A program made the position numbers and the translations under genes. Positions 1 through 13,357 of a stretch of DNA of 64,000 nt are shown here, piece after piece. Source of the stretch: an uncultured Actinomycetes bacterium (GTDB taxonomy: Bacteria > Actinomycetota > UBA4738 > HRBIN12); assembly GCA_963828885.1 (NCBI GenBank), contig CAWHGC010000017.1, positions 34,522-98,521 on the forward strand, given 5' to 3'. The notes below the pieces were generated by a model. It saw only the letters and a list, made by a program, of their open reading frames with translations, had not been told where the DNA came from and made no database searches. The number at the start of each line of letters is the position of its first letter. Position 1 is the first letter of the stretch.

Positions 1-26
1 CCTCGCACGCCGACGAGGACTGACCC

Positions 27-1141
27 TCAGGCCTCCGGCCGCGCGATGCGGACGTCGTGGCCGGCGCCGGGCGCGGCGAAGGCGAGCAGCCGCTGCGCCT
101 CCTCCAGCAGTGGCGCTGCGCTCGGCTCGCGGGATCGTGCGGAACGGCGTGACGACGAGCACGGCCGCGTCCTTCGAGCGCTCGACACGCCACGTGGCGG
201 CGATCGTGCCGTCGATCAGCACCATCAGGCTGCCGAGGTCGCGAACGATGCGCTGCCGGTGCTCGTCGGGGAAGACGCGGGTGCGGTCATCGTGCGCGAC
301 GAGGACGTTGTCGAACTCGGGCAGGAACCGCGGCGGCGCCGGCGTGTCCGGATCGGGCAGCGCGCCGTCCGGCACGTCGAAGAGCTCGCGGCCGCGCTCG
401 TCGCGGAACGTGCGGAGCTCGGGTCGCAGCCGATCGAGGATCTCCCGGACGCCGGTGAGGCCGGACCACGCCCGCACGTCGGGCGCGGTGGCGGGACCGA
501 ACGCCGCGAGGTAGCGCAGCACGAGGTCGTCGGGCAGCGCGTCGGCCTCGGGATCGCGGCCGAGCCAGTCGCGCACCGTCGCCCACACGACGCCTGCCCG
601 CTCGCGCCCCACACGCCGCGCGGCGGGATCTGGACGATCGGCACGATGAAGCGCACGGCGGTGGCGAGGGCGGCGGCGTCGACCGCGCGGCCATCGTTCC
701 CGGAGCGCCGCGCCGAGTGCGGCGGACGACCGCGGCTCCTCCTCGAGGAGTGCCCGCCCGGCGGCGGCCACGGCCTCGAGGTCGACGCCCGACGAGGAAC
801 CGTGCCCACGTCGCCGCCGCCGGACAGGAACCGCTCGAGGATCGGACGCACCGCCGGCCGCAGCTGCGAGGCAGTCGCTCGCCGTCACGAGGTGCAGCGT
901 CACCCGCATCAGCGACATCCGCACGACCTCGCGCGAGGTGATCATGCCGGCCAGCTCCTGCGGGTCGAAGCCCTCGAGCCGGCTCCACAGGCCGACGTAG
1001 GGAGCGTTCGGCACCTGCGCCTGCATGCCGACGAGCCGTTCGATCATGTCGCCGGCCGAGGCCGTCGTTCGCGCGTGCGAGCGACTGCCGCTCGAGCAGC
1101 GCTCGGTTCAGCTCGCGGGTGCTGAGGACGCGGTCGCTCAT
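27..1141 (-). pseudogene. Winged-helix DNA glycosylase-like protein of the AlkZ/YcaQ family (DUF1006), broken by at least 5 frame changes
   Basis: The N-terminus MSDRVLSTRELNRALLERQ is typical of the family. Conserved blocks (DMIERLVGMQAQVPNAPYVGLWSRLEGF, SREVVRMSLMRVTLHLV, LVLRYLAAFGPATAPDVRAWSGL, RFLPEFDNVLVAHDDR) are recovered only by switching among all three minus-strand frames. Confidence 0.55.
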
Positions 1142-1239
1142 CGCAGGGAGCGGTGATTCTCCCATCCGCCGAGCCGTCTGACAGGATGGATGTCGACGGC
1201 AACGATCGAACGGCCAGAAGAACGGAAGGACCCGACACG

Positions 1240-3953
<2,714 letters not shown>

Positions 3954-3972
<19 letters not shown>

Positions 3973-4543
3973 GCGGGCTCGGGGACCGGCGGGCGCGCCC
4001 GTTCCGGGCGCGGCGCTCGCTCCGGCCGGTGACCGAACGTGAGCCCCCGCACGAGCACCAGGAAGAACACGACCGCGCCCGTCACCAAGTAGGTCGCCCA
4101 CATCCACGGCCTCGTGGCGTCGCTGCCGGCGAAGATGCCGTGCAGCATCGACAGCGTGAACGTCGGGACGGCCAGCATGTGCAGCCGCCGCCACCACGGA
4201 TGCCGATCCGTCGCTTCGTCCACGAGGACGTCATCACGACGACCATCGCGTACATCGCGACCACGCCGATGCCGGTCGCGACCGGCCGGTACTCGGCACG
4301 GAGCGGCACCAGCAGGTCCGGCAGCCCGAACGGCATGAAGCTGTCGATCAGCAGACCGCCGAGGTGCACGCCCAGGAGCGCGAGTCCGACGGTGGCCACG
4401 AACTGGTGGAAGAGGATCGAGGTCGGCTTCGCCACGTGTTTCGTGACGAGCGAGGTGGTGGACACCAGCCCCCAGGCCACCGAGAGGAACAGCATCAGAT
4501 AGGCGCCGACGCCGGCCGCGCGCAGCACGATCCACGTGTTCAT
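3954..4543 (-). CDS. Ferric-reductase-like transmembrane protein (FRD/MsrQ-like), split by one frame change
   Basis: The N-terminal part MNTWIVLRAAGVGAYLMLFLS...HQFVATVGLALLGVH lies in ORF 4082..5425. The C-terminal TM part HMLAVPTFTLSMLHGIFAG...YLVTGAVVFFLVLV lies in ORF 3954..4535. The ATG at 4543 has a GGAGG Shine-Dalgarno sequence and overlaps the apbE stop (ATGA). Confidence 0.6.
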
Positions 4544-5425
4544 GCGGATGCCTCCGCGGCTCGGAGGTTCGTGCGAACGTCGCCGTCGGCGCGCACGAGG
4601 ACGACCGGGCCGGATCGCAGCGCGTCCTCGCCGGTGAGCAGCGCTCGCTTCGCGGCGATCTCGGCGAGCGCGCACGTCGGCGCCCACACGGTCGCCTGCA
4701 CGATGCCGGTGTCCGAGGGCGAGCCCGTCCTCGGGTCGATCAGGTGGTGGCGTCCGTCGCCCCACGCTCGCCGGGTCGTGCTCGAGGTCGCGATCGCACC
4801 GGCAGCCATCGACAGGCGCGCGAGACTCGTGTCGGGATCGTCGGGGTCCTCGACCTCGACGTCCACCGCTGGGGCGTCGCCGGCAAGGCGGAGGTCGCCG
4901 CCGGCGTTCACGAGCGCCCACGGCAGTCCCGCGGCGACGGCCGCGCCGGCCGCGAGGTCCACCGTCCACCCCTTCGCGACGCCGCCGAGGTCCAGGCCGA
5001 CGCCGGGCGGCAGACGCAGCTCGCGGCCCTCGAGGGAGACCTCGCGCCAGCGGCCGCAGGCGACCGGCGGCCGGAGCGCGCCACGCGCGCCGGCGATCAG
5101 CTCGTCGAAGTCCCGGTCGTAGCCGGCGGCCGTGACGGCCGCGAGCACCGTCGGGTCGAACAGGCCGCCGCTGTCGGCCGCGCGCTCGAGGGCGAACGCG
5201 AGCGAGCTCGGCGAACGGCGCCGACACCGTCGTCGACGAACCCGCCGACGCGTTCACCCACGAGAGCTCGCTGTCGGCGCGGAACCGCGAGTACCGGCGC
5301 TCCTCCCGCTCGAAGATCGTCTCCACTTCGCGGATCGCGAGGGACACGGCGACCGCGGGCGCCCGGTCGTCGTCGACGACGAGCGTCACGGAGGTGCCCA
5401 TCGCGCGGAAGGCGTGCCGCAGCAT
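4540..5425 (-). CDS. apbE: FAD:protein FMN transferase ApbE, split by one or two frame changes
   Basis: The N-terminus MLRHAFRAMGTSVTLVV is the ApbE signature start. The C-terminal 200 aa, with LDLGGVAKGWTVD and HHLIDPRTG, lie in ORF 4540..5148. The middle section is read in the wrong frame. Confidence 0.7.
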
Positions 5426-5751
5426 CAGGAGCCGCCCGTCGAGGTCGTGACGGGTGGCGCGGAGGTCGAGCCCCCGCCGCCCGCCGAGGTCGAAGACGAC
5501 GACCCCTGCGAGATCGTGATGGGCGCGGCGGGGGCGTCCGTGATGATCACGCGCCGCACGATCTTCTTCACGATCACCACAGGCCGTTGTCTCGGCCGGC
5601 GCGGTGACGTCTCGATCGAGGATGCCACCTTGGGCGCCGCACCGAAGATGCCGAGGCCGGTCAGGAACGTCGCGCCCCCGGCCACCCAGGCCACCGCACG
5701 GACGCGCCCCTTCGAGAGGCGCGTCCGCTTGCGGGGAGCGGTGTCAGTCAT
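5425..5751 (-). CDS. Small single-TM membrane protein with a Ser/Thr/Gly-rich tail
   Basis: MTDTAPRKRTRLSKGRVRAVAWVAGGATFLTGLGIFGAAPKV... Its start overlaps the stop of the upstream gene and its stop overlaps the apbE start. Confidence 0.4.
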   Translation of the reverse strand: MTDTAPRKRTRLSKGRVRAVAWVAGGATFLTGLGIFGAAPKVASSIETSPRRPRQRPVVIVKKIVRRVIITDAPAAPITISQGSSSSTSAGGGGSTSAPPVTTSTGGS

Positions 5752-6152
5752 CGACGCCGCCGGGGCCCGAGTTCTCCGAGCCGGGTCCGGAGTTGACCGA
5801 GCCGGGGCCCGAGTTGCCGTCGTCACCGTGGTCGTCGTTCGCGTCCTCGACCTCGACCCCGTCGTCACCGTGGTCGTCGAAGGCGTCGTGCAGGGCGCCG
5901 TCGTCGGTTCCGCCACCGGACGTCCCGTTCGACGTGTTCACGACGGCCCCGCCGTTGCCATCGCGCCTGCCGGTGGATCGTCACCGTGCGGGTCCGCGTC
6001 TTCACGATGGGCTTCGCCTTGGCCGCCGGTGCAGTGGTGCCGCTCGAGGCCTGGCCCGATGCCGGGCCGGATCCCGCCGCGACGGCGATGCCGCCCACCA
6101 CGAGTGCCGCCGTGAGTCCGAGCGCCATCAGAACCGCTGATCGCTTGTTCAT
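5744..6152 (-). CDS. Secreted acidic His/Asp-repeat protein, split by one frame change
   Basis: A signal peptide MNKRSAVLMALGLTAALVVGGIAVAAG follows a GGAGGA Shine-Dalgarno sequence. After a shift near 6000 the sequence continues as ...DDGALHDAFDDHGDDGVEVEDANDDHGDDGNSGPGSVNSGPGSENSGPGGVDD. The DNA shows three tandem GPGS-encoding repeats at 5761-5815. Confidence 0.5.
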
Positions 6153-6258
6153 ACCGTTCCTCCTCTGGTCGTGGTTCCCGGTTGACACGACCAAGCTACG
6201 GAGGCGGCGTGCAGCGACGGCACAACCGACGGTTAAGCGGGCGGTAAGCCTCCGAGCG

Positions 6259-6951
6259 CTACGTGATCGAGGCGCTGAGCACGGGATCGGTCGTCGGCGC
6301 GCTCGGGCACGAGGCCGACTCCACCGTCACCAGCATCGTGTCGGTCTGTCCGATGTCGGCCGGGACGTAGGTCAGGACCCGGCCGTCGGTCGGCCGGACG
6401 CAGCCGCCGGAGACGGGGGCCTGCGAGCCCTGCACCATCCAGATCTCGTACGCCCGGCCGGGGCCGGGATCGGGCAGGTCGGAGCCGAAGAACACCGCGC
6501 CGGGCTTCCCCGGCTGGTAGGACATCGCCAGGGTGCCGGCGTCGCCGGAGAAGGTGATCAGCTTCGGCGTCCCGCCGCCCGAGTCGAGGGCGCTGTGCAC
6601 GACCCAGCCGCCGGCGAAGAGCACGAACGCCGCGGCGACGGCGACGACGCGGGTCCACGATCGCCGCTGCCGTCGTTCGGTCAGATCGATCGGCGCGTCC
6701 GGCGCGGCCTCCGCGGTCGCCGTCCGGAGGATGTCGTCGGCCATGCCGGCCCGGACCGGGACCGGCTCCAGCGACAGGCCCAGACGTCCGGCCACCTCCC
6801 GGAACCCGGCCTCGAGGCGCGCGCACTCCTCGCAGTCGGCGCCGTGCGAGGCGCGTTCGCGGTCGAGCAGCGCCCGGTCGGCGTCGTCGAGCCCGCCGAG
6901 CGCGTCCACGCTCAGCAGCTCCTCGATCACCGTGTGGTCGCGCTGCATCAT
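6259..6951 (-). CDS. Anti-sigma factor (RskA-like, zinc-binding)
   Basis: Intact 230 aa with an HGADCEECARLEA Cys motif, a TM segment and an extracytoplasmic C-terminal domain. It has an ATGA overlap with the upstream sigma gene. Confidence 0.75.
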   Translation of the reverse strand: MMQRDHTVIEELLSVDALGGLDDADRALLDRERASHGADCEECARLEAGFREVAGRLGLSLEPVPVRAGMADDILRTATAEAAPDAPIDLTERRQRRSWTRVVAVAAAFVLFAGGWVVHSALDSGGGTPKLITFSGDAGTLAMSYQPGKPGAVFFGSDLPDPGPGRAYEIWMVQGSQAPVSGGCVRPTDGRVLTYVPADIGQTDTMLVTVESASCPSAPTTDPVLSASIT

Positions 6952-7526
6952 CGCTCCATCCCCGTCAGGGCCCCGCGCAGCCGCCGCATCCCCAGCAGGG
7001 TGCGGGACTTCACCGTGCCGAGCGGCAGCCCGAGCTCGGCCGCGATCTGCGACTGCGACCTGCCGCCGAAGTACATGAGCTCGATCACCTGCCGCTGGTC
7101 GGGCGGCAGCTCGCCGAGGGCGGCGCGGACGGCCGCGCGCTCCTCGGGGGCGCCGACCTCCTCGACGACCTGCTCGGCGGGGTCGGGCTCGGTCTCCATG
7201 GCGCCGGGGATCGCCCGCTCCGCGCGCCGGCGGTGCGCCTCCTCCCGCCGCACGAGGTCGACCGCCCGGTGATGGACGGTGCCCATCAGCCAGGACTTCA
7301 CCGACCCGCGCTGCTGGTCGTACCCGTCCGGGTTCTTCCAGAGCGCCATGAACGCCTCCTGCACGATCTCCTCCGCCAGGTTCGACTGCCGGACGACGCG
7401 CAGGGCGAGGGCCTTCGCGGCCGGCGCGTACCGGCCGAACAGGCCGCGGAACGCCTCCTGATCGCCCCTGCCGACGCGCAGGACGAGGTCGCGGTCCCGG
7501 GCCTCGGCGAGGTCAAGCGAGGGCAT
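6948..7526 (-). CDS. ECF-type RNA polymerase sigma factor
   Basis: Sigma-70 regions 2 and 4 are present (DLVLRVGRGDQEAFRGLFGRYAPAAKALALRVV ... DQRQVIELMYFGGRSQSQIAAELGLPLGTVKSR). The start is taken at MPSLDLAE. Confidence 0.8.
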   Translation of the reverse strand: MPSLDLAEARDRDLVLRVGRGDQEAFRGLFGRYAPAAKALALRVVRQSNLAEEIVQEAFMALWKNPDGYDQQRGSVKSWLMGTVHHRAVDLVRREEAHRRRAERAIPGAMETEPDPAEQVVEEVGAPEERAAVRAALGELPPDQRQVIELMYFGGRSQSQIAAELGLPLGTVKSRTLLGMRRLRGALTGMER

Positions 7527-7649
7527 CGACGCGCCCCGGTTCCGCTCGATGTGCCGCCCGGCAGGTGGTGCGAACGCCGTCGCTCCCGTCGTCGTCATGA
7601 CCTGCGTGTGATTCGCATCGTCCGGGCCGTCGGATCGTTGCGGCCACGC

Positions 7650-8453
7650 TCAGGCCCCGGGTCGCTCCGACATGCGGCGGGTCGCCTCGGCGATCATCTC
7701 GTCGAGCGTGACCGGGTCCCCGGGGTCGTACAGGGCGCTGCCGACGTCCAGGGACAGCGGCGCGGAGCGATCCGGACGAGCGTTGGCGACGGCGATCGCC
7801 TCGATCAGGCGAGACAGGACGGCGGCCTCCGATCCCTGCGCGGCGCCGGTCAGCAGGACCGAGAAGGTGTCCTCGGCGACCCGCGCCGGCACGTCGGCGT
7901 CGCGGACCGCCTGCCGGAGGACCGCGGCCGCGTCGGTCACGTCGGCGAGGTCGGCGAGCCGCACGAACAGGAACACGACCGGCTCGCTCGTCCGGTCGGC
8001 CATCCGCAGGTGATGCTCGGCGATCGGCGCGAAGCCGCGCAGGTTCGGCAGACCGGTGGCCTCGTCGACGATCTCGAGGTCGCGCAGCTGCCGGCGCAGG
8101 CGGTGCCGCTCGACGGCGTGACGCAGGAGCCGCGGCACCATGCTGTCGGGGATCTCGCCGCGCGTGATGCGGTCCTCGGCGCCGCCGCGGACGGCCTCCT
8201 CGGCCTCGCGCTGCTCGCCGGGCTCGGCGATCACGACGACCGGGACGTCGGCGCGTCGGTCGCGAACGGAGGCGAACGCGTCGCCGTCGAGGGCGAGCAG
8301 CAGGACGTCGATGCCGCCGGCGTCGAGCCGGGCGAGCGTCGCCTCGAGGTCGTCGGCCCGCTCGACCGTCATGCCCTCGCGCGCGAGCTCCTCGGCGATC
8401 CGGTCGGCGCCCTCGGAGGGGTCGGCCACCAGCACGGTCGGTTGCCTCGTCAT
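7650..8453 (-). CDS. Response regulator with a receiver domain and a degenerate GGDEF-like output domain
   Basis: Receiver motifs (PTVLVADPSEG...DVLLLALDGD) are followed by a GGDEF-like fold in which the catalytic motif is replaced by AEDTF (RVAEDTFSVLL). An SD GAGAGGA precedes the ATG at 8453. Confidence 0.65.
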   Translation of the reverse strand: MTRQPTVLVADPSEGADRIAEELAREGMTVERADDLEATLARLDAGGIDVLLLALDGDAFASVRDRRADVPVVVIAEPGEQREAEEAVRGGAEDRITRGEIPDSMVPRLLRHAVERHRLRRQLRDLEIVDEATGLPNLRGFAPIAEHHLRMADRTSEPVVFLFVRLADLADVTDAAAVLRQAVRDADVPARVAEDTFSVLLTGAAQGSEAAVLSRLIEAIAVANARPDRSAPLSLDVGSALYDPGDPVTLDEMIAEATRRMSERPGA

Positions 8454-8584
8454 GGGTCCTCTCGTCGTCTCGTCGCTCTGGGCGTGCGGATTATGCCACC
8501 CCACGCGGGCGCCACACTTCCGTCACACGAACGCCACCGCCGCATGCTGGTGCCCCCCGGCGGGGCGCCGGTACGCTGGATGTC

Positions 8585-10068
8585 ATGCCGAGTGCGCCGA
8601 ACGAGCCCACCACGTCCGCGCCGAAGGGCCACGGCCGCACCGTCCGGATCTTCCTCGCCATCACCGCGAGCCTGTCGTTGCTCGTGGGTGTCGCCGGCGG
8701 GATCAGCTATCGCGAGCTATAAGGCGGTGGAGGGCGAGGGCGTGAACGACGGAGTTCTACGATCCGGACCCCAGCGCCTCGCCCGGCGCGGATCGACCGA
8801 CCGGACCCTGCGTGAACAACGTCTGCAACTATCTGATCCTCGGCAGTGACTCTCGCCAGGGACTCACGCAAGAAGGAGCAGATCGAGTTCGGCACCAACG
8901 GCGACATCGGAGGCTCGAACCGCTCGGACACGATCATGCTCGTGCACACGCGATCCATCGCAGCAGAAGGCCGCGATCATCTCCTTCCCCCGTGACCTCT
9001 GGGTGAACATCCCGGGCGTCGGTGAGGACAAGATCAACGCCGCGTTCCAGGGAGGCGTCGACGGCGGCGGGCCGGAGCTGGTCGCGAAGACCGTGCACGA
9101 GATCACGGGACTGAGGATCAACCACTACGTCTACGTCGACCTCGCGGGGTTCCAGAACATCGTCGACACGCTCGGCGGCGTCCAGATGTGCATCCCGGCC
9201 GAGAACGTGAACACCCCCGGCTGGGTGCGATGGTCCCGACGGCCCGGTCTTCTACCACCAGCAGGGCTACATCGCCGACCCGTACACCGGGCTGCTCGTG
9301 AAGCCCGGCTGCCAGCTCCTCCACGGAGACCAGGCGCTGGCGTACGTCCGGACCCGGCACCTCAAGTGCGACGCGGTGCCCGACTTCGCCCGCATCAACC
9401 GGCAGCAGGAGTTCCTCCGCGCGGTCATCAACCGGTTGCTGCAGCCATCCGAGCTGATCAAGGCGCCCTCGCTCATCCGGCCGGTGCTCGGAAGCCTCAA
9501 GCGCGACGACAAGCTCACACCCGTCGATCTGGCGTTCCTCGTCAGCCAGCTCCAGGGGATGAGCACCGGCGCGGCGGAGTTCCGATCGGTCCCCGGCACC
9601 GTCGGGACCGAGCAGCCCTCGTGGTCGAGCATCCCGCTGTCGGTCGTGCACATGGATCCGTCGGCCGAGCAGATCTTCGCGGCGCTGCGCGACGGCAAGC
9701 CGCTGCCGAAGGCCGGGACGAGCCTCGAGGGCGTCGAGATGTCGGCGGCCAACATCACCGTGCCGGTCGTCGACCACGACTCCGCCGGCAAGGCGACGGG
9801 CGTCAACACCGTCCTCTCGGACGCCGGCTTCATCGCGCCGGGCATCACGGACTACGCGACCTACGGCGCCGACGTGAAGGGCTCGGTCATCGCGTACGAG
9901 CCCGGGCATGACGCGGAGGCGCAGGTCGTCGCGAAGTACTTCCCCGGCCTCAAGCTCGTGGAGACGCCGAAGGACGCGCTCCCCGGCACCGACGTGGCGG
10001 TCTTCGTGACGGCCGCCTACACCCCGCAGCAGCCCGGGAGCGGGCCCGGCACCACCACCTGCGCGTAG
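8585..10068 (+). CDS. LytR-CpsA-Psr (LCP) family cell-wall glycopolymer ligase, split by about 5 frame changes
   Basis: N-terminal TM segment MPSAPNEP...IFLAITASLSLLVGVAG. LCP core motifs NYLILGSDSRQ, SNRSDTIMLVH, ISFPRDLWVNIPGVGEDKINAAFQGG and LGGV are spread over three frames. The C-terminal LytR_C-like part is intact in ORF 9298..10068. Confidence 0.7.
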
Positions 10069-10088
10069 CGGCCCTGTATCGTGCCCTG

Positions 10089-11150
10089 ATGCGAGCGCTG
10101 GTCCTGTCGGGCGGGGAGGGCTCCCGCCTGCGGCCGATCACCCACACGAACGCCAAGCAGCTGATCCCGGTCGCCGGCACGCCGATCCTGTTCCACGCCC
10201 TCGCGTCGATCAGCGATGCCGGCATCACCGAGGTGGGCCTCGTGGTCGGGCCGCCGAACGAGGACGAGGTCCGCGCCGCCGTCGGCGACGGCTCGCGCTG
10301 GGGGCTCGACCTCGTCTTCATCCATCAGCCGGCGCCGCTGGGCATCGCGCACGCGGTCATGATCGCCGCCGACTTCGTGCGCGGCGCCCCGTTCCTGCTG
10401 TACCTGGGCGACAACGTCCTGCTCGAGGGCGTCGCGCGCTTCGTCGAGGAGTTCGACCGGACGGCGCCCGACGCCCAGATCTTCCTCGCCCGCGTCCCGG
10501 AGCCGGAGCACTTCGGTGTCGCGATCCTCGAGGGGGAGCGGGTCGTTCGGCTGGTCGAGAAGCCGAAGGAGTGGATCTCCGACGTCGCGCTCGTCGGCGT
10601 GTACCTGTTCCGTGATTCGATCCTCGAGGCCTGCGCGACGCTGCAGCCGTCGTGGCGCAACGAGTACGAGATCACCGAGGCGATCCAGTGGCTGATCGAC
10701 AACGGCCGCACGGTCCGCGCCGAGATGGTGAGCGGATGGTGGAAGGACACCGGCAAGCCCGAGGACCTCCTGGAGGCCAACCGCATGATGCTCTCGCTCG
10801 TGCGGCCGCGCGTCGACGGCGAGGTCGACGACGCCTCCACCGTGAACGGCGCCGTCGTCGTCGAGGCCGGCGCGAAGGTGACGAACAGCACCGTCAACGG
10901 CCCGGTCGTGATCGGTCCCGACTGCGTCGTCGACGGTTCCGTCATCGGGCCCGAGGTCTCCCTCGAACGCGGCTGCCGCGTGACGTCGTCGACCGTCACC
11001 GACTCGATCGTGATGGAGGGGTGCTCGATCGACCGCGTGCGCGGGCTCACGGGCTCGATCCTCGGGCGCGGCAGCGACGTGCGGCACTCGGGCGGCGAGG
11101 GAGCGCACCGGCTCATCGTCGGCGACCAGTCCCGGGTCGAGGTCGACTGA
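10089..11150 (+). CDS. rmlA: Glucose-1-phosphate thymidylyltransferase (long form)
   Basis: Intact 353 aa; MRALVLSGGEGSRLRPITHTNAKQLIPVAG is the nucleotidyltransferase signature, followed by a C-terminal beta-helix. Confidence 0.85.
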   Translation: MRALVLSGGEGSRLRPITHTNAKQLIPVAGTPILFHALASISDAGITEVGLVVGPPNEDEVRAAVGDGSRWGLDLVFIHQPAPLGIAHAVMIAADFVRGAPFLLYLGDNVLLEGVARFVEEFDRTAPDAQIFLARVPEPEHFGVAILEGERVVRLVEKPKEWISDVALVGVYLFRDSILEACATLQPSWRNEYEITEAIQWLIDNGRTVRAEMVSGWWKDTGKPEDLLEANRMMLSLVRPRVDGEVDDASTVNGAVVVEAGAKVTNSTVNGPVVIGPDCVVDGSVIGPEVSLERGCRVTSSTVTDSIVMEGCSIDRVRGLTGSILGRGSDVRHSGGEGAHRLIVGDQSRVEVD

Positions 11151-11185
11151 GCGGCAGGGACGAAGTCCGCTAGCCTGAGCCACCC

Positions 11186-12343
11186 ATGAGGGTCGTCGTC
11201 GACGCGAGGCCGGCGCTGGATGCGCGCAAGACGGGGGTGGGGCACTACACCGCCCATCTCCTGCGCGCGCTGCCGGCCGCCGCCCCTGCCGACGAGATCA
11301 CCGCGTGGTACCTGCACGCGAAGGGGCTGCTGCGCCCGCGGACGTTCTTCGGCGACGTGGCCGGGCTGACCGAGAAGGCCTCGAGGTTCCCCGCCCGCGT
11401 GTTCGAGCCGCTGTCGAGCCGGCTCGGCGAGCCGCGCATCGAGCGGTTCGTCGACCTCGACGTGCTGCTGGCCACGAACTTCCTGCCGCCGGCGACCTCG
11501 AGCCCGGGCGTCGTGCTCGTCGTGCACGACCTCGCGTTCCGGAAGTTCCCGGAGACCGCGCCGCACATGGACGCGCGGTGGCTGCGGCGCTTCGAGGACT
11601 GGCTCGCGAGGGCCGCCCGCGTCATCGTGCCGTCGAGGAGCGCGGCGGCCGACCTCACCGACCTCTACGACGTGGACCCGGACCGGATCGACGCGATCCA
11701 CCACGGCGTCGAGGCGCACGCGTTCCGGCCGGCCGCCGAATCCGCCGTCGCCGAGGTCCGCAACCGGTTCGGGATGCCCGGTCCGTACGCGCTGTTCGTC
11801 GGCGGCATCGAGCCCCGGAAGAACCTCGAGCGGCTCGTGCGGGCCTTCGGCCGGCTGCGCGGCCTGAACGACGTGTCGCTCGTCATCGCCGGCGGGCCCG
11901 TCCGATGGTTCCCGCAGGCCTCCGAGCAGCTCGAGGCCGCCGTCGCCGTGCTGCCGGCCGGCGTCCGGTCCCGCGTGATCCGCACCGGCTACGTGAGCCA
12001 GGCCGACAAGGTCGCGCTGATGACCGGCGCGACCCTGATGGCGTACCCCTCGCGCTACGAGGGCTTCGGCTTCCCGGTGATGGAGGCGTTCGCGGCCGGC
12101 CTGCCGGTGCTCACCTCGAACGTCTCGTCGCTGCCCGAGGTCGCCGGCGACGCCGCCGAGCTGGTCGACCCCGACGACACGGAGGCGATCGCGGAGGCGC
12201 TGGAGCGCATGCTCCAGGACCGCGACCTGCTCGACAACCTCGCGGCCGCCGGCGTCGCGCGCGTCTCGGCGTTCACGTGGGAGGCGACGGCGCGCGCGAC
12301 CGTCGCCAGCCTGCACCGGGCCCACGAGACGGCCCGTGGGTAG
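11186..12343 (+). CDS. Glycosyltransferase family 4 (GT-B fold)
   Basis: Intact 385 aa with the GT4 C-terminal motif (EGFGFPVMEAFAAGLPV). Its stop codon TAG is the first three bases of the downstream TAGACT element. Confidence 0.8.
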   Translation: MRVVVDARPALDARKTGVGHYTAHLLRALPAAAPADEITAWYLHAKGLLRPRTFFGDVAGLTEKASRFPARVFEPLSSRLGEPRIERFVDLDVLLATNFLPPATSSPGVVLVVHDLAFRKFPETAPHMDARWLRRFEDWLARAARVIVPSRSAAADLTDLYDVDPDRIDAIHHGVEAHAFRPAAESAVAEVRNRFGMPGPYALFVGGIEPRKNLERLVRAFGRLRGLNDVSLVIAGGPVRWFPQASEQLEAAVAVLPAGVRSRVIRTGYVSQADKVALMTGATLMAYPSRYEGFGFPVMEAFAAGLPVLTSNVSSLPEVAGDAAELVDPDDTEAIAEALERMLQDRDLLDNLAAAGVARVSAFTWEATARATVASLHRAHETARG

Positions 12344-12346
12344 ACT
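12341..12346 (+). promoter_or_regulatory. TAGACT -10-like hexamer 7 nt upstream of the rmlB ATG, giving a candidate leaderless transcript
   Basis: GGTAGACTCGCGCG-ATG. The same GCTAGACTC-type element recurs at 14244 (PLC), 18496 (wzm) and 33498 (GT2-membrane, as TAGTCT). Confidence 0.35.
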
Positions 12347-12352
12347 CGCGCG

Positions 12353-13357
12353 ATGCGGCGGCATGTGCTGGTCACCGGTGGCGCGGGCTTCATCGGGTCC
12401 CACCTCGTGGACGCCCTGCTCGCCGAGCCCGACGCGCGCGTCGTCGTCCTCGACCGCCTGAGCACCGGCGGGAGCCGGGCGAACCTCGAGCAGCACGACG
12501 GCGACGACCGCCTCGAGTTCGTGCTCGGCGACGTCCGGGACGCGGCGACGGTGGAGCCGCTGGTCGCCGCCTCCGACCGCGTGATCCACGCGGCCGCGCA
12601 GTCCCACGTCGACCGCAGCATCGACGACCCGGGGGAGTTCCTCGACACGAACGTCATGGGCACGCGGGTCGTGCTCGACGCCGTCCGCGAGCACGGCACC
12701 CGCATGCTGATGGTGTCGACCGACGAGGTCTACGGGCCCGGCGATCCCGACGGAGGCCTGTTCGACGAGGATCACGCGATGCACCCGCGCAGCCCGTACG
12801 CGGCCAGCAAGGCCGCCGCCGACCTGCTCTGCCAGGCGTACCACGCGACGTACGGCTCGCCGGTGACGGTGGTGCGCGGCACGAACGCGTACGGCCCGCG
12901 GCAGATCGAGCGCGTCGTGCCGACGTACGCGCTGAACGCCCTCGAGGGCCGCCCGGTGCCGGTGTACGGCGACGGCTCGCAGCGGCGCGAGTTCCTGCAC
13001 GTCGAGGACTGGGTGCGCGCGGCGGTCGCGGTGCTGGAGCGCGGCGAGCCCGGCGTGATCTACAACATCGGCGGCGGCACGGAGCTGGCGAACCTCGAGC
13101 TCGCGCGGAGGATCTGCGCGCTGGCCGGCGCCCCGCCCGACCTCGTGACGTTCGTCACCGACCGGCCCGGCCACGACTTCCGCTACGGCGTCGGCGCCGA
13201 CCGCCTGCGCTCGCTCGGATGGGCGCCGGAGATCGGGTTCGACGAGGGGCTCGAGCGCACGGTCGAGTGGTACCGCGACCACCGGGAGTGGATCCGCGCC
13301 GCGCATGACGTGGACGTCGTGACGGCGCCGCGCGAGTCCTCGGAGGCGGGTGCGTGA
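12353..13357 (+). CDS. rmlB: dTDP-glucose 4,6-dehydratase
   Basis: Intact 334 aa with the GGAGFIGS Rossmann motif and the SDR catalytic YxxxK motif (PYAASK). Confidence 0.88.
   Translation: MRRHVLVTGGAGFIGSHLVDALLAEPDARVVVLDRLSTGGSRANLEQHDGDDRLEFVLGDVRDAATVEPLVAASDRVIHAAAQSHVDRSIDDPGEFLDTNVMGTRVVLDAVREHGTRMLMVSTDEVYGPGDPDGGLFDEDHAMHPRSPYAASKAAADLLCQAYHATYGSPVTVVRGTNAYGPRQIERVVPTYALNALEGRPVPVYGDGSQRREFLHVEDWVRAAVAVLERGEPGVIYNIGGGTELANLELARRICALAGAPPDLVTFVTDRPGHDFRYGVGADRLRSLGWAPEIGFDEGLERTVEWYRDHREWIRAAHDVDVVTAPRESSEAGA

Noticed and set aside
46-1125. A 359-aa plus-strand ORF at the window start
   Set aside because: It is antisense to the AlkZ-like gene, whose conserved motifs are on the minus strand. 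The translation is Arg-rich.
10325-13306. A 993-aa minus-strand ORF antisense to rmlA, GT4 and rmlB
   Set aside because: Arg-rich with no homology. The sense strand carries three intact, well-conserved genes.
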